Program-made: the position numbers and the translations under genes
IMG/VR virus record: IMGVR_UViG_3300042922_000982
Span: 32,001-96,000 of that record
Origin: a virus
Strand: one strand, 5' to 3'
Length of the DNA stretch: 64,000 bases
In this document: positions 46,838-55,007 of the stretch, piece after piece
Position numbering within the stretch: the stretch's first letter is position 1
Layout: the number at the start of each line of letters is the position of its first letter
The notes under the pieces: generated by a model
The model's database searches: none
Told to the model about the DNA's origin: nothing
The model's input: only the letters and a program-made list of their open reading frames with translations

Positions 46838-46895
46838 GCCCCACCCTGCCCCGGCGCGCGCCGGGGCGCCACCCCCACCGTTAAGGAGTACCGCC

Positions 46896-47642
46896 ATGAC
46901 CACCCAGACCCCCGCCGCCATCGAGCGCACCCCCGCCGTCACCGCCCTGGCCCTGTGCCTGCGCCCCCTGTTCGACTACCACGTCGCCAACGCCGACCTG
47001 GTCGATGATCACTCGGTCGGCCTGTGCGTGTGCGCCGAGGTGAGCGACATCGCCTTCGCCGAGGGCCTGTTCGCCATCGTCAACGCGCCGCGCACCTTCT
47101 ACGAGGCGGGCCTGCGCATGCGCGGCACGTCGCGGAGCGATCGCATGGCCATCCTCGAGGCCGTGCGCGAGTACGTGATCGCCCACCCGCTCGGCGCCAT
47201 CCTCGAGAGCCGGGGCGGCTCGCTGCGGGCCGAGCGCCTGGGCATGTCGGGCGCCACCTACGATCGGCTCGACCTGGGCGGCCCGATCAACGAGAAGCTC
47301 GACCCCGTGATGGTGCAGCTGAGCTTCAACCGCCCCGAGGGCATGGAGCAGCCCGACGACGGCGAGACCGTCGCCATGCGGCTCGACGAGGAGGTGCTGA
47401 GCCACTACAAGCTCGCAGAGACGATTGACCGCTGGCTGATGGACGAATGGGCGCGCATCGGCTTCGGCTGGCGCTCGAAGGGGCGCACCTTCGACCTGCA
47501 CCGCGAGCTGACCGAGGTGGGCGCGCGCCTGGTGAAGGAGTGGACGCCCGCGCCGGGCGGCGAGCTGGACCCCGGCGTGGAGCTGCTTGTCGGCATGGCC
47601 GCGCAGGCGATCGCCGCCTACGGCCACGCGGAGGTGGCGTGA
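46896..47642 (+). CDS. hypothetical protein
   Basis: AAGGAGTACCGCC-ATG. Confidence 0.8.
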   Translation: MTTQTPAAIERTPAVTALALCLRPLFDYHVANADLVDDHSVGLCVCAEVSDIAFAEGLFAIVNAPRTFYEAGLRMRGTSRSDRMAILEAVREYVIAHPLGAILESRGGSLRAERLGMSGATYDRLDLGGPINEKLDPVMVQLSFNRPEGMEQPDDGETVAMRLDEEVLSHYKLAETIDRWLMDEWARIGFGWRSKGRTFDLHRELTEVGARLVKEWTPAPGGELDPGVELLVGMAAQAIAAYGHAEVA

Positions 47643-47977
47643 TGTTCGAGGTCATGAGCAAGCGGTGTAACCAGTGCCTGTTCGGCCCGAACCGGATCGT
47701 GGACGCGGACCGCAAGGCCGAGATCCTCGCCGAGTGCACGGCCACGGGGAAGCACTTCACCTGCCACAAGGCGACCATGCACTCGCGCAGCATGGACGTG
47801 TGCTGCCGGGGCTTCTGGGACGCCTTCCGGGTGTCGCACGCCACGCAGGGCATGCGATTGGCGCAGTACCTGCGGCCGGACGCGCCGTGGACCTTCATCG
47901 ATCCCGGCACGCTCAAGGTGGTGGGGCACGGGCTCACCCCACCCGAGGCGGCCCCGGCGGCAACGCCTACCGAGTGA
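47642..47977 (+). CDS. Cys-rich phage protein (CNQCLF...FTCHK...CRGF)
   Basis: TGATG coupling, GGAGG SD. Confidence 0.75.
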   Translation: MFEVMSKRCNQCLFGPNRIVDADRKAEILAECTATGKHFTCHKATMHSRSMDVCCRGFWDAFRVSHATQGMRLAQYLRPDAPWTFIDPGTLKVVGHGLTPPEAAPAATPTE

Positions 47978-48065
47978 GCCACGGCGGCGTGGTAGACTGG
48001 CGGTCAGCAGGCAAGCAACCTGCTGGCCGCCTTTTCTCGTCTTCGCCTGCCGAAAGGATCCACCT

Positions 48066-48965
48066 GTGTCCCAATTCGACCCCGAGTTCCTCGACTTCAT
48101 CACCGACCACATGTCGGACGTCTTCAAGGCGTCCGCGTGCGGGCACTACGACGCGCTCAATTACAAGGATTGCGCCAACCACCTGGCCGTGCTGGCGTCT
48201 GAGACGGGCCTGCTCGGCTCCGAGACCCCCGAGGGCTTCTTGAACGCCGACGTGATCGACACGCTCTACAGCATGGCCACGGCCGCCTTCGCCTGCTTGA
48301 TGTGGAGCTACGGCGAAACCTTCGACCAGATGCGCGCACGCCTGAGCGATCGCCTGCTCGACACCCACCACGCCGCCTTCCACGCGGCCGACGGCTGGAT
48401 GGGGCTCGATCACTACCGGGGGCCGTCGTTCCAGCTGCTGACCGAAATCTTCAAGCTCGGCGGCGAAGTGAGCGCGGCAGCGGTCGAAATTGCCGATCCG
48501 GTGCCGCCCGGCAACGCCGCCTGCGAGAAGCAGCTCTGGGAGGTGCTCACAGCCATCCTGGCCGTGACGGCCACGGTCACGTTCATGCACGACGAGGTCC
48601 TCGAACGCGCGCAGGCGGCCCAGGAGGCGGCGAAAGAGTACCGCAAGCACGGCATGGGTGCGATGACCCTGATCGTCTGCGCGATCGCCGACCCCGACGT
48701 GTTCGCCTTCCCGCTCGGCGAGCACAACATCATGGCGCAGGTGGAGCGCAGGCTCGCGGGCAACATGCTGATCGCCTCGGTGGACCTCGACGAGGTCACG
48801 GCCTACCTGAGCGCCTGCGAGGCCAAGGACAACCTGCCCATGGCCATGATGCCCGTGCTCGGCGTGTGCGTGCCGCAGCCGGACGGCACCATCGACACGG
48901 TCACGATCCTCGAGACGTTGCGCGAGGCGGCCATGCGCGAAGAGGGGCTCAACCCGGACGATTAA
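48066..48965 (+). CDS. hypothetical acidic helical protein
   Basis: AAAGGA + GTG; TGgTAGACT at 47990. Confidence 0.8.
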   Translation: MSQFDPEFLDFITDHMSDVFKASACGHYDALNYKDCANHLAVLASETGLLGSETPEGFLNADVIDTLYSMATAAFACLMWSYGETFDQMRARLSDRLLDTHHAAFHAADGWMGLDHYRGPSFQLLTEIFKLGGEVSAAAVEIADPVPPGNAACEKQLWEVLTAILAVTATVTFMHDEVLERAQAAQEAAKEYRKHGMGAMTLIVCAIADPDVFAFPLGEHNIMAQVERRLAGNMLIASVDLDEVTAYLSACEAKDNLPMAMMPVLGVCVPQPDGTIDTVTILETLREAAMREEGLNPDD

Positions 48966-48993
48966 GCGCCCGATCGGGCCGCCAGGGCCCCCA

Positions 48994-49031
48994 GGAACGC
49001 TTTTTTCGGGGCGTGGATAGTAGATAGTAGG
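48994..49031 (+). promoter_or_regulatory. cassette promoter motif, copy 15
   Basis: GGAAC-N16-GGATA-N9-AGG. Confidence 0.8.
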
Positions 49032-49096
49032 GAGGGGCTACCGGGCAACCGGCGGCCCCTCCTCCGTCACCCCCATCACCGAAAGGAGCGCTCACC

Positions 49097-49498
49097 ATGC
49101 GCATCACCATCCACACCACCGCCACCGAGTCCACCAACGAGCAGAGCCGCACCTACACGGAGCTGCCGATCGCCACCTCCTCCATGTTCACGCACGGCCC
49201 CTGCGACCCCTTCACGATCGTCGCGCACAACGGCGAGGTCGAGTCGGCCTGCACCGTGATCCTGCACGGGCCGAACGGGCACCTGTTCATCATCCTACTC
49301 ACCGGCACGGCCAACGACATCCGGACGATCTTCTGGAACCTGTATTGCAACGCCTACGGCGTGCGCCAGAAGACCTGGGTCGGCGAGATCTACAACACGA
49401 TCGCCGACCACCTGCCCAAGTGCCTGGAGTGCGAGGGCCAGGTGGACGCCACCGGCTGGTGCGCGGCCCGCTGCTGCCCGACGGCCCTCACCTGCTAA
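49097..49498 (+). CDS. hypothetical protein with Cys-rich C-terminus
   Basis: AAAGGAG SD. Confidence 0.75.
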   Translation: MRITIHTTATESTNEQSRTYTELPIATSSMFTHGPCDPFTIVAHNGEVESACTVILHGPNGHLFIILLTGTANDIRTIFWNLYCNAYGVRQKTWVGEIYNTIADHLPKCLECEGQVDATGWCAARCCPTALTC

Positions 49499-49550
49499 GC
49501 CCCCACCGCCCCCGGCCGCACGGCCGGGGGCTTCCCCGGAGGATACCGCC

Positions 49551-49859
49551 ATGGGAAACTTGAACCGCTACCCGGACGACCTGAAGGAATGGAAGGACGA
49601 ATGGCTCACCACCGAGGCCGGGCACCACGCCTTCATGGCGCGAGTCGGCCGTGACCCCGAGGAGCGCGCCGCGTCGGCTGCGCGCGTGAAAGAGCTCAAC
49701 GCCGAGATCGCCCGCCGCTACCCCGACCGCGACGCGCTGATCGAGGAGATCATCCGGCGCCACCTGGAGCGCACCAGCGAAACGGACGCCAGCATCGCCA
49801 ACCTCCGCCGCTGGTGGCAGGATCAGCCCACCGCCGATCTGCAAGCCGCCCTCGAGTAA
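49551..49859 (+). CDS. hypothetical protein
   Basis: GGAGG SD. Confidence 0.8.
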   Translation: MGNLNRYPDDLKEWKDEWLTTEAGHHAFMARVGRDPEERAASAARVKELNAEIARRYPDRDALIEEIIRRHLERTSETDASIANLRRWWQDQPTADLQAALE

Positions 49860-49887
49860 CGCCACCCCCCAACCAAGGAGAACCGCC

Positions 49888-50121
49888 ATGACCACCGCCA
49901 ACGCCCCCACCCACCTGGTCGGCACCAAGATCACCTTCTCGATCCCCGTGACGGCCGATACCGACGACGCGGCGATCGACGCCGCGCTCAAGCGCCTCAC
50001 CGACGCCCTGCGCCAAGCCTTCCCCGAGGCCGCGCCGCCGCGCCTCTCGGACGCCGCCGCGTCGCGCATCTACCCCGTGAGCCGGGTGTCCGACCCGCTC
50101 GCTGCCCGCCCGGTTGCTTAA
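49888..50121 (+). CDS. small hypothetical protein
   Basis: Start-associated motif. Confidence 0.75.
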   Translation: MTTANAPTHLVGTKITFSIPVTADTDDAAIDAALKRLTDALRQAFPEAAPPRLSDAAASRIYPVSRVSDPLAARPVA

Positions 50122-50134
50122 GGAGACCCCCGCC

Positions 50135-50515
50135 ATGCGCCAAGTGCACACCCACCCCGACGGCCGCCGCTTCACGCTCTGCCAGGGCGACGATTTCAAG
50201 GACGGCGATCGCGTGATCCTGATCAGCAATCCGCTCTACCCCCTGCACGCCCCGGTGATCGGCACCTTCTCGAAGCCGCACGCCACGGGCGGAACGGTCA
50301 CCTACTACGCCGACCGCGACGGCGACGAGCCCGGCGAGCTTGAAACCGACGCCATCACCCTCGAATGGGTGTCCTACAAGGCCATGCTGCCCGCCACGGC
50401 CGCCGCGCTCGACTGGGTGGCCTCCGACCTGGAGGCCCAGGCGGGGCGGTTCCGGCGGCTTCGCGAGCAGCTGTACGGCACGGCCACCGGCGACGTCGAT
50501 CGCCCGCTGCCGTGA
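50135..50515 (+). CDS. hypothetical protein
   Basis: AAGGAG SD. Confidence 0.75.
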   Translation: MRQVHTHPDGRRFTLCQGDDFKDGDRVILISNPLYPLHAPVIGTFSKPHATGGTVTYYADRDGDEPGELETDAITLEWVSYKAMLPATAAALDWVASDLEAQAGRFRRLREQLYGTATGDVDRPLP

Positions 50516-50655
50516 AGCGCCCCGCCCCCCTGCCCTGCCAATTCTGCGGGCGTGCCGACGGTGACGTCGGCACGCGCCAGATCGGGCACGACATCCTGTC
50601 CCGCGTGTGCGACCCCTGCACGGCCCTGCGCCGCGCCGCGCGTCGCCGCCCCTAG
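50512..50655 (+). CDS. tiny CxxC...CxxC protein
   Basis: GTGA overlap; CQFC...CDPC. Confidence 0.55.
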   Translation: MKRPAPLPCQFCGRADGDVGTRQIGHDILSRVCDPCTALRRAARRRP

Positions 50656-50670
50656 CCCATGGAGACCCCC

Positions 50671-51204
50671 ATGACCGAGCACATCAACACCCCGCTGCCC
50701 CTGCCGACGGCCCCGCAGCCCTACGACAACCTGAACCGCGCCTTCCGGGCCCTGTGCAAGCGCGAGGGCACCGCGCTGGATTGCTACCACGACCCTCGAG
50801 ACGTCGACGAGGTGTTCGGCCACGCCAGCCTGGTCGACGCGTTCCTGGTCGACGTGATCAAGAGCAAGCACTGGCGCGCGCGCGCCAACCCGGATGGCCT
50901 CCTCGACCTGGTCGTGCCCGGCGAGGTCGAGATCGTGGCGTACCGGGTCATCCAGCCCGCCGATCGCGCCTGGGGGCCGCGCGTGGTGCAGGAGGTGCCC
51001 CTGCTGCCGCCCCTGAGCAACGCGGATGAGGAGGGCATCAACATGACCCTCGACACGTTCGTCTCGCAGATCATGGGCTGCCTGGCCATGTCGGGCGAGC
51101 TGGCGCTTGCTCGCCAAAGCGGCCCCAACGGCGAGGACCCCGACGAGGAACCCTGCGGCCAGTGCGGCCGGGTGGATTGCGTCTGCGACGAGGAGGAGGA
51201 ATAG
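50671..51204 (+). CDS. hypothetical acidic protein
   Basis: GGAG SD. Confidence 0.75.
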   Translation: MTEHINTPLPLPTAPQPYDNLNRAFRALCKREGTALDCYHDPRDVDEVFGHASLVDAFLVDVIKSKHWRARANPDGLLDLVVPGEVEIVAYRVIQPADRAWGPRVVQEVPLLPPLSNADEEGINMTLDTFVSQIMGCLAMSGELALARQSGPNGEDPDEEPCGQCGRVDCVCDEEEE

Positions 51205-51206
51205 CC

Positions 51207-51386
51207 ATGGCCGTGAATGGCAAGCACAAGAAAACCTGCGGCTCGACGCGCTGCGAGCGGTGCTACGGCGAGATGGTCAACACGCGCCGGAAGCGCGAGC
51301 CCCAGCCCGGCGATCGCAAGAAGATCGCCAGCATGGCGAGTCAGGTGGCCGAGGCGATCGCCCCGGAGCCCCCGCGCGCCCAGTAA
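51207..51386 (+). CDS. small Cys-containing basic protein
   Basis: GGAGG SD; H...CGSTRCERC. Confidence 0.65.
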   Translation: MAVNGKHKKTCGSTRCERCYGEMVNTRRKREPQPGDRKKIASMASQVAEAIAPEPPRAQ

Positions 51387-51394
51387 CCCCCTGC

Positions 51395-51428
51395 ACGCCA
51401 GGCCCCCGTCGCGGGGCCTGGCGTTTTT
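51395..51428 (+). terminator. intrinsic terminator
   Basis: ACGCCAGGCCCC/GGGGCCTGGCGT followed by TTTT. Confidence 0.8.
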
Positions 51429-51493
51429 GCGTCGGTGGGCCCCTGATCGGAGGTAGGATGGGCCTGCTTAACCATCACTTGAGGAGGATTGAC

Positions 51494-52177
51494 ATGCCCA
51501 TTCCCGTGAACACGGCCCCCGCCGACTTGCAGCCCGCGCTGATCGTCGCCTGCAACGAGCTGTCGGATCGCGTCGATGTGCCCCGTGAGGGCACCCGCGC
51601 GCCCGAGTCCTGGGTGCGCTACTTCGCCGCCCGCCCCGGCAGCATCGACCTGGCCAAGCTCGGCGCCATCTGGGCGGCCGTCGTCTACACCGACGCGACC
51701 AAGCAGACGGTGGCCGCCGCCAACGCCGTCCCGGTGATCGATTGCGACGTGGCGACCACGGCCGCGCTCGCCGCCAACACCCTCACCGCTGGCGAGCTGG
51801 TGGCCTCCGCCAACGGCGCGCTCGCCAACATCGACGGCCAGGCCCCCGCGCTCAAGAAGATCGTCCTGGTGAAAAACGAGGCAGACGCCACCAAGCTCGG
51901 CTTCTACGTGATCACCGACCTGGGCTCGGCGGGCACCCCCTGGAAGATGAAGCGCGTTCCGGGCGCCACCTTGCAGAACAAGGCCGCCACGCTGGTCAAG
52001 ACCGGCACGGCCAACGCGAACAAGGTCTTCCGCATCACCACGGCCAACCCGATCGTGGCGGGCACCACGGCGATCGCCTTCGCCGAGCTGGCCTCCGCCA
52101 GCGCGGTCGAGGCCCTCTTCGAGGTGGCCACCGCCTTGCAGCCGACCGTCGGCCTGGTGCTCTCGCCCAAGCTGTAA
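51494..52177 (+). CDS. virion-associated / tail-fibre-like domain protein
   Basis: GAGGAGG SD; VATTAAL...GAL.IDG...IVLVKNE...GFYVITDLGS..TPW pattern seen in phage structural proteins. Confidence 0.6.
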   Translation: MPIPVNTAPADLQPALIVACNELSDRVDVPREGTRAPESWVRYFAARPGSIDLAKLGAIWAAVVYTDATKQTVAAANAVPVIDCDVATTAALAANTLTAGELVASANGALANIDGQAPALKKIVLVKNEADATKLGFYVITDLGSAGTPWKMKRVPGATLQNKAATLVKTGTANANKVFRITTANPIVAGTTAIAFAELASASAVEALFEVATALQPTVGLVLSPKL

Positions 52178-52191
52178 GCACACAACCCCAA

Positions 52192-52236
52192 GGGGCGGTC
52201 CGCATGGTACGATCCATGCGGACCGCCCCCTTTTTT
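52192..52236 (+). terminator. intrinsic terminator
   Basis: 16-bp stem GGGGCGGTCCGCATGG/CCATGCGGACCGCCCC followed by TTTTTT. Confidence 0.85.
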
Positions 52237-52249
52237 ACGGAGAACCGCC

Positions 52250-53128
52250 ATGTCCAAACCGCCTCGCCCCAGATTCATCGTCACGTCCTCGCCCCATATG
52301 GCCGACGATTTCTTCCGCTCCCGGCACGAGATCGCCAAGAGCGTCACTGTGCGGCGCGTCCCGGCCGCCGAGTTCCCGCCTTTGCCCAGGGCGGCCTCGT
52401 GGGGCACGGCGGCCACGGTGCCCCTCGTGGGGGCCCCGACGGCGGCGCCGTTCAGCGTGCCCGAGCGCACGCCCGATCACGCGGCGATCGCCGGGCACAT
52501 CACGCGCCTGATCGCCCACCTGCACACGCCGCCCCCCATGCCCGAGCCCACCAACGTCATGCGCGGCCTGCTCGCACCCGATCTGCGCGAGGCGATCGCG
52601 CGGCAGCGGCAGGGTGCCGACCTGTTCAGGCAGGCGGCCCAACGCGACGCGGAGGGCATCGCCACCGGCCGCATCGAGCTGCGCGCGGACAACCGCGTCC
52701 CGCCGGATCAGGTGCACCTGTTCGATCGCGCCGGGCGCCGCACAGGTGCGATCACCAACCTCGACAACGACACCCTCTCGGCCCCATGGCCCACCGGCGT
52801 ATGGGCGGGCGACCCCCGCGAGGAGGCCCCGTGGCCGTACCGGCCGCGCCGGGGTGGCGGCTTCATGCAGATGGACGAGCAAGCCTTCAAGCCGAAGGAG
52901 CCCCCGATGCGGACGATCGCCTTCAAGTGCCGGGGCTGCGGCGCCACGGGCGTGGTCGACGTGCCCGAGCCCATCTTCAACGACGTGGGGGTGAAGGTGG
53001 TCGTGGACATGACGCAACAGGCCACGGCCGACGGCTGCCTCAAGTGCATGGACGCGGTGCATGGGCTCGGCTACTCGATCGGTGTGACCTACCCCTACCC
53101 GGCCGACTGGCTCGAGCCCCGGCGGTAG
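52250..53128 (+). CDS. hypothetical protein with C-terminal CxxC...CxxC
   Basis: Start-associated motif; TAG abuts copy 16. Confidence 0.7.
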   Translation: MSKPPRPRFIVTSSPHMADDFFRSRHEIAKSVTVRRVPAAEFPPLPRAASWGTAATVPLVGAPTAAPFSVPERTPDHAAIAGHITRLIAHLHTPPPMPEPTNVMRGLLAPDLREAIARQRQGADLFRQAAQRDAEGIATGRIELRADNRVPPDQVHLFDRAGRRTGAITNLDNDTLSAPWPTGVWAGDPREEAPWPYRPRRGGGFMQMDEQAFKPKEPPMRTIAFKCRGCGATGVVDVPEPIFNDVGVKVVVDMTQQATADGCLKCMDAVHGLGYSIGVTYPYPADWLEPRR

Positions 53129-53136
53129 GGCCCCCA

Positions 53137-53174
53137 GGAACGGTTTTTTCGGGGCCTGGATAGCAGGTAGTAGG
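53137..53174 (+). promoter_or_regulatory. cassette promoter motif, copy 16
   Basis: GGAAC-N16-GGATA-N9-AGG. Confidence 0.8.
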
Positions 53175-53225
53175 GAGGGCTGGGCGGCACGCGCCGCGCA
53201 CCCCTCCCCGCTACGGAGAACCGCC

Positions 53226-53432
53226 ATGGACACCCCACCCACCGTCACCATCCCCGATCGCCTGTACCGCGCCGCCGTGCGGCTCGTCAATAGCACCTTC
53301 CCCGGCGCCGCGCCCACGCACGGCCTGATGGGTGCCTGCTTCGTGGAGACGCCCGCCGGGCGCATCCTCGGCGCGGGCCCCAGCTTCCGCGAGGCGTACG
53401 TCGTCGCGGCCGAGCGCCTGGCCGCCCGCTAA
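53226..53432 (+). CDS. small hypothetical protein
   Basis: Start-associated motif. Confidence 0.75.
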   Translation: MDTPPTVTIPDRLYRAAVRLVNSTFPGAAPTHGLMGACFVETPAGRILGAGPSFREAYVVAAERLAAR

Positions 53433-53502
53433 CCCCACCCCCGTCACCCCAGCCTTCCGCCACCCGTGGCGTGGAGGCCCCACCGTTACAAGGAGAACCG
53501 CC

Positions 53503-53931
53503 ATGGGACACTACCTCACGCACACCACCCTCGATCACGCCATCACCTACGCCACCAACGAGCCCGAGACGGCCGTCATTCACGTCCTGACCGACCCCAA
53601 GCTGGGGCCGATCACCACCACGAGTACCGACGCGGCCATGTACGCCCTGCGCCAGGGGGCCACGCACCACCTGACGCTCAACGGCCCCAAGCTGGTCGAG
53701 CCCGAGAACTACAAGCCCGCGCCGCTGCCGCCCAAGGCCGAGGGCTACGCAAACGTGGCCGTGTTCGAGCCGTACGGCCTGGGCAAGCGCGACCTGGTCG
53801 ACGTGTACGTGCGCCTGGTGGGCGCCCGCGTCGAGATCCAGCTCGACGACAAGCAGGCGAAAACGATGCACGCGAACGCCACCTCCTTGATCAACCTGCC
53901 CCACACCACTTGCGCCATCTTCTGGCGGTGA
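53503..53931 (+). CDS. hypothetical protein
   Basis: Start-associated motif. Confidence 0.8.
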   Translation: MGHYLTHTTLDHAITYATNEPETAVIHVLTDPKLGPITTTSTDAAMYALRQGATHHLTLNGPKLVEPENYKPAPLPPKAEGYANVAVFEPYGLGKRDLVDVYVRLVGARVEIQLDDKQAKTMHANATSLINLPHTTCAIFWR

Positions 53932-53945
53932 AAGGACCCTACGCC

Positions 53946-54254
53946 ATGACGAACCTCAACACCCCCGCCCCCCTGGCCCCCGAGGCCGCCCTCACGGCCA
54001 CCGTCGCCGCCTTGCAGGGCGTCTTGCAAAGCATCGAGCGCGGTGACACCGGCACCACGCCGTCGGTGCGCCGGATGATCGCCCAGGCGATCGCGATCGG
54101 CTGCACGACGCTCGGCGACCCCGAGGGCGCATCCGACGCGGAATCCAAGCAGGATCCGCCCGAGCCGAAGGGCCTGAGCCCGGAGGACTACTTCGCCGGG
54201 CCGCGCCCGTACCGCGCGCTGGGCGGGCACCCCCGCTCGACCCTGCTGCGCTAG
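53946..54254 (+). CDS. hypothetical protein
   Basis: AAAGGA SD. Confidence 0.7.
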   Translation: MTNLNTPAPLAPEAALTATVAALQGVLQSIERGDTGTTPSVRRMIAQAIAIGCTTLGDPEGASDAESKQDPPEPKGLSPEDYFAGPRPYRALGGHPRSTLLR

Positions 54255-54264
54255 GGGGCCGCCG

Positions 54265-54582
54265 ATGACGACCCCGAAGATCACCAGGAAGGCCAAGGGC
54301 CTGCTCGACAAGCCCCTGGTCCTCGACGCCATGATGAACGGCCGGTACGTCGTGGAGACGAAGGCGGGCCGTTTCGTCGGCGCCTTCGACACCATGGGGG
54401 AGGCGCAAGAGGCCGCATTCAACGACGAGCGGGCGGCGCACCACGAGCTGCACTACCCGCTCGACGAGCAGGCCCTGCGCAAGCTCAGGATCCGCATGCT
54501 CGAAATCCCGAGCGACGAGCGGGTGGTGCGGGCGATCGCCGCGCTTGACGACGCCATGAAAAAGCGCGGGGTCACCGCGTAG
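54265..54582 (+). CDS. hypothetical protein
   Basis: Co-oriented ORF; TAG abuts copy 17. Confidence 0.75.
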   Translation: MTTPKITRKAKGLLDKPLVLDAMMNGRYVVETKAGRFVGAFDTMGEAQEAAFNDERAAHHELHYPLDEQALRKLRIRMLEIPSDERVVRAIAALDDAMKKRGVTA

Positions 54583-54590
54583 GGCCGCCA

Positions 54591-54628
54591 GGAACGGTTT
54601 TTCACCCGCCTGGATAACAGGTGGCAGG
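54591..54628 (+). promoter_or_regulatory. cassette promoter motif, copy 17
   Basis: GGAAC-N16-GGATA-N9-AGG. Confidence 0.8.
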
Positions 54629-54696
54629 GAGGGCTGGGCGGCACGCGCCGCGCACCCCCCCCCCGCGCCACCCCCATCGTCGCGAGGAGAATCGCC

Positions 54697-54966
54697 ATGC
54701 AAGTCAAGATCAAGCAGAACTGGGCCAACGGCTTCTGGTGGGTGCAGCCCGCCTGCGATCGCTCGCGGCTCGTGCTGCGCGCCGACGAGCGCGATAACGG
54801 CATGATGAACAACGAGGCCGTCGCCGAGCTGGCCGGGCGTGAATGGCTGCAAGCCTTCCTGCATGGCGCCCACCCCGCCGACGCCTGGCACCTGATCGAG
54901 GTGCCCGTCCAGCACCGGCTCAACCAGCGCGCCTCGGCGATCATGACCGCCGACAGCGCGCGCTAG
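54697..54966 (+). CDS. hypothetical protein
   Basis: GAGGAG SD. Confidence 0.75.
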   Translation: MQVKIKQNWANGFWWVQPACDRSRLVLRADERDNGMMNNEAVAELAGREWLQAFLHGAHPADAWHLIEVPVQHRLNQRASAIMTADSAR

Positions 54967-55007
54967 TCCCCACCCCCGTTACCCCCACCGCTACAAGGAG
55001 AACCGCC

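Noticed and set aside
336-54628. Cassette repeats as a CRISPR array
   Set aside because: Copies are 0.5-9 kb apart and separated by whole genes, not 30-40 nt spacers; no cas genes seen.
336-54628. Cassette repeats as integron attC sites or IS/MITE ends
   Set aside because: No RYYYAAC/GTTRRRY ends, terminal inverted repeats or target duplications, and no integrase or transposase in the window.
336-54628. Reading the motif as sigma70 TTTTTC-N17-TAGTAG
   Set aside because: TAGTAG is lost in copies 4, 6, 10, 11 and 17 while GGAAC, GGATA and AGG are invariant.
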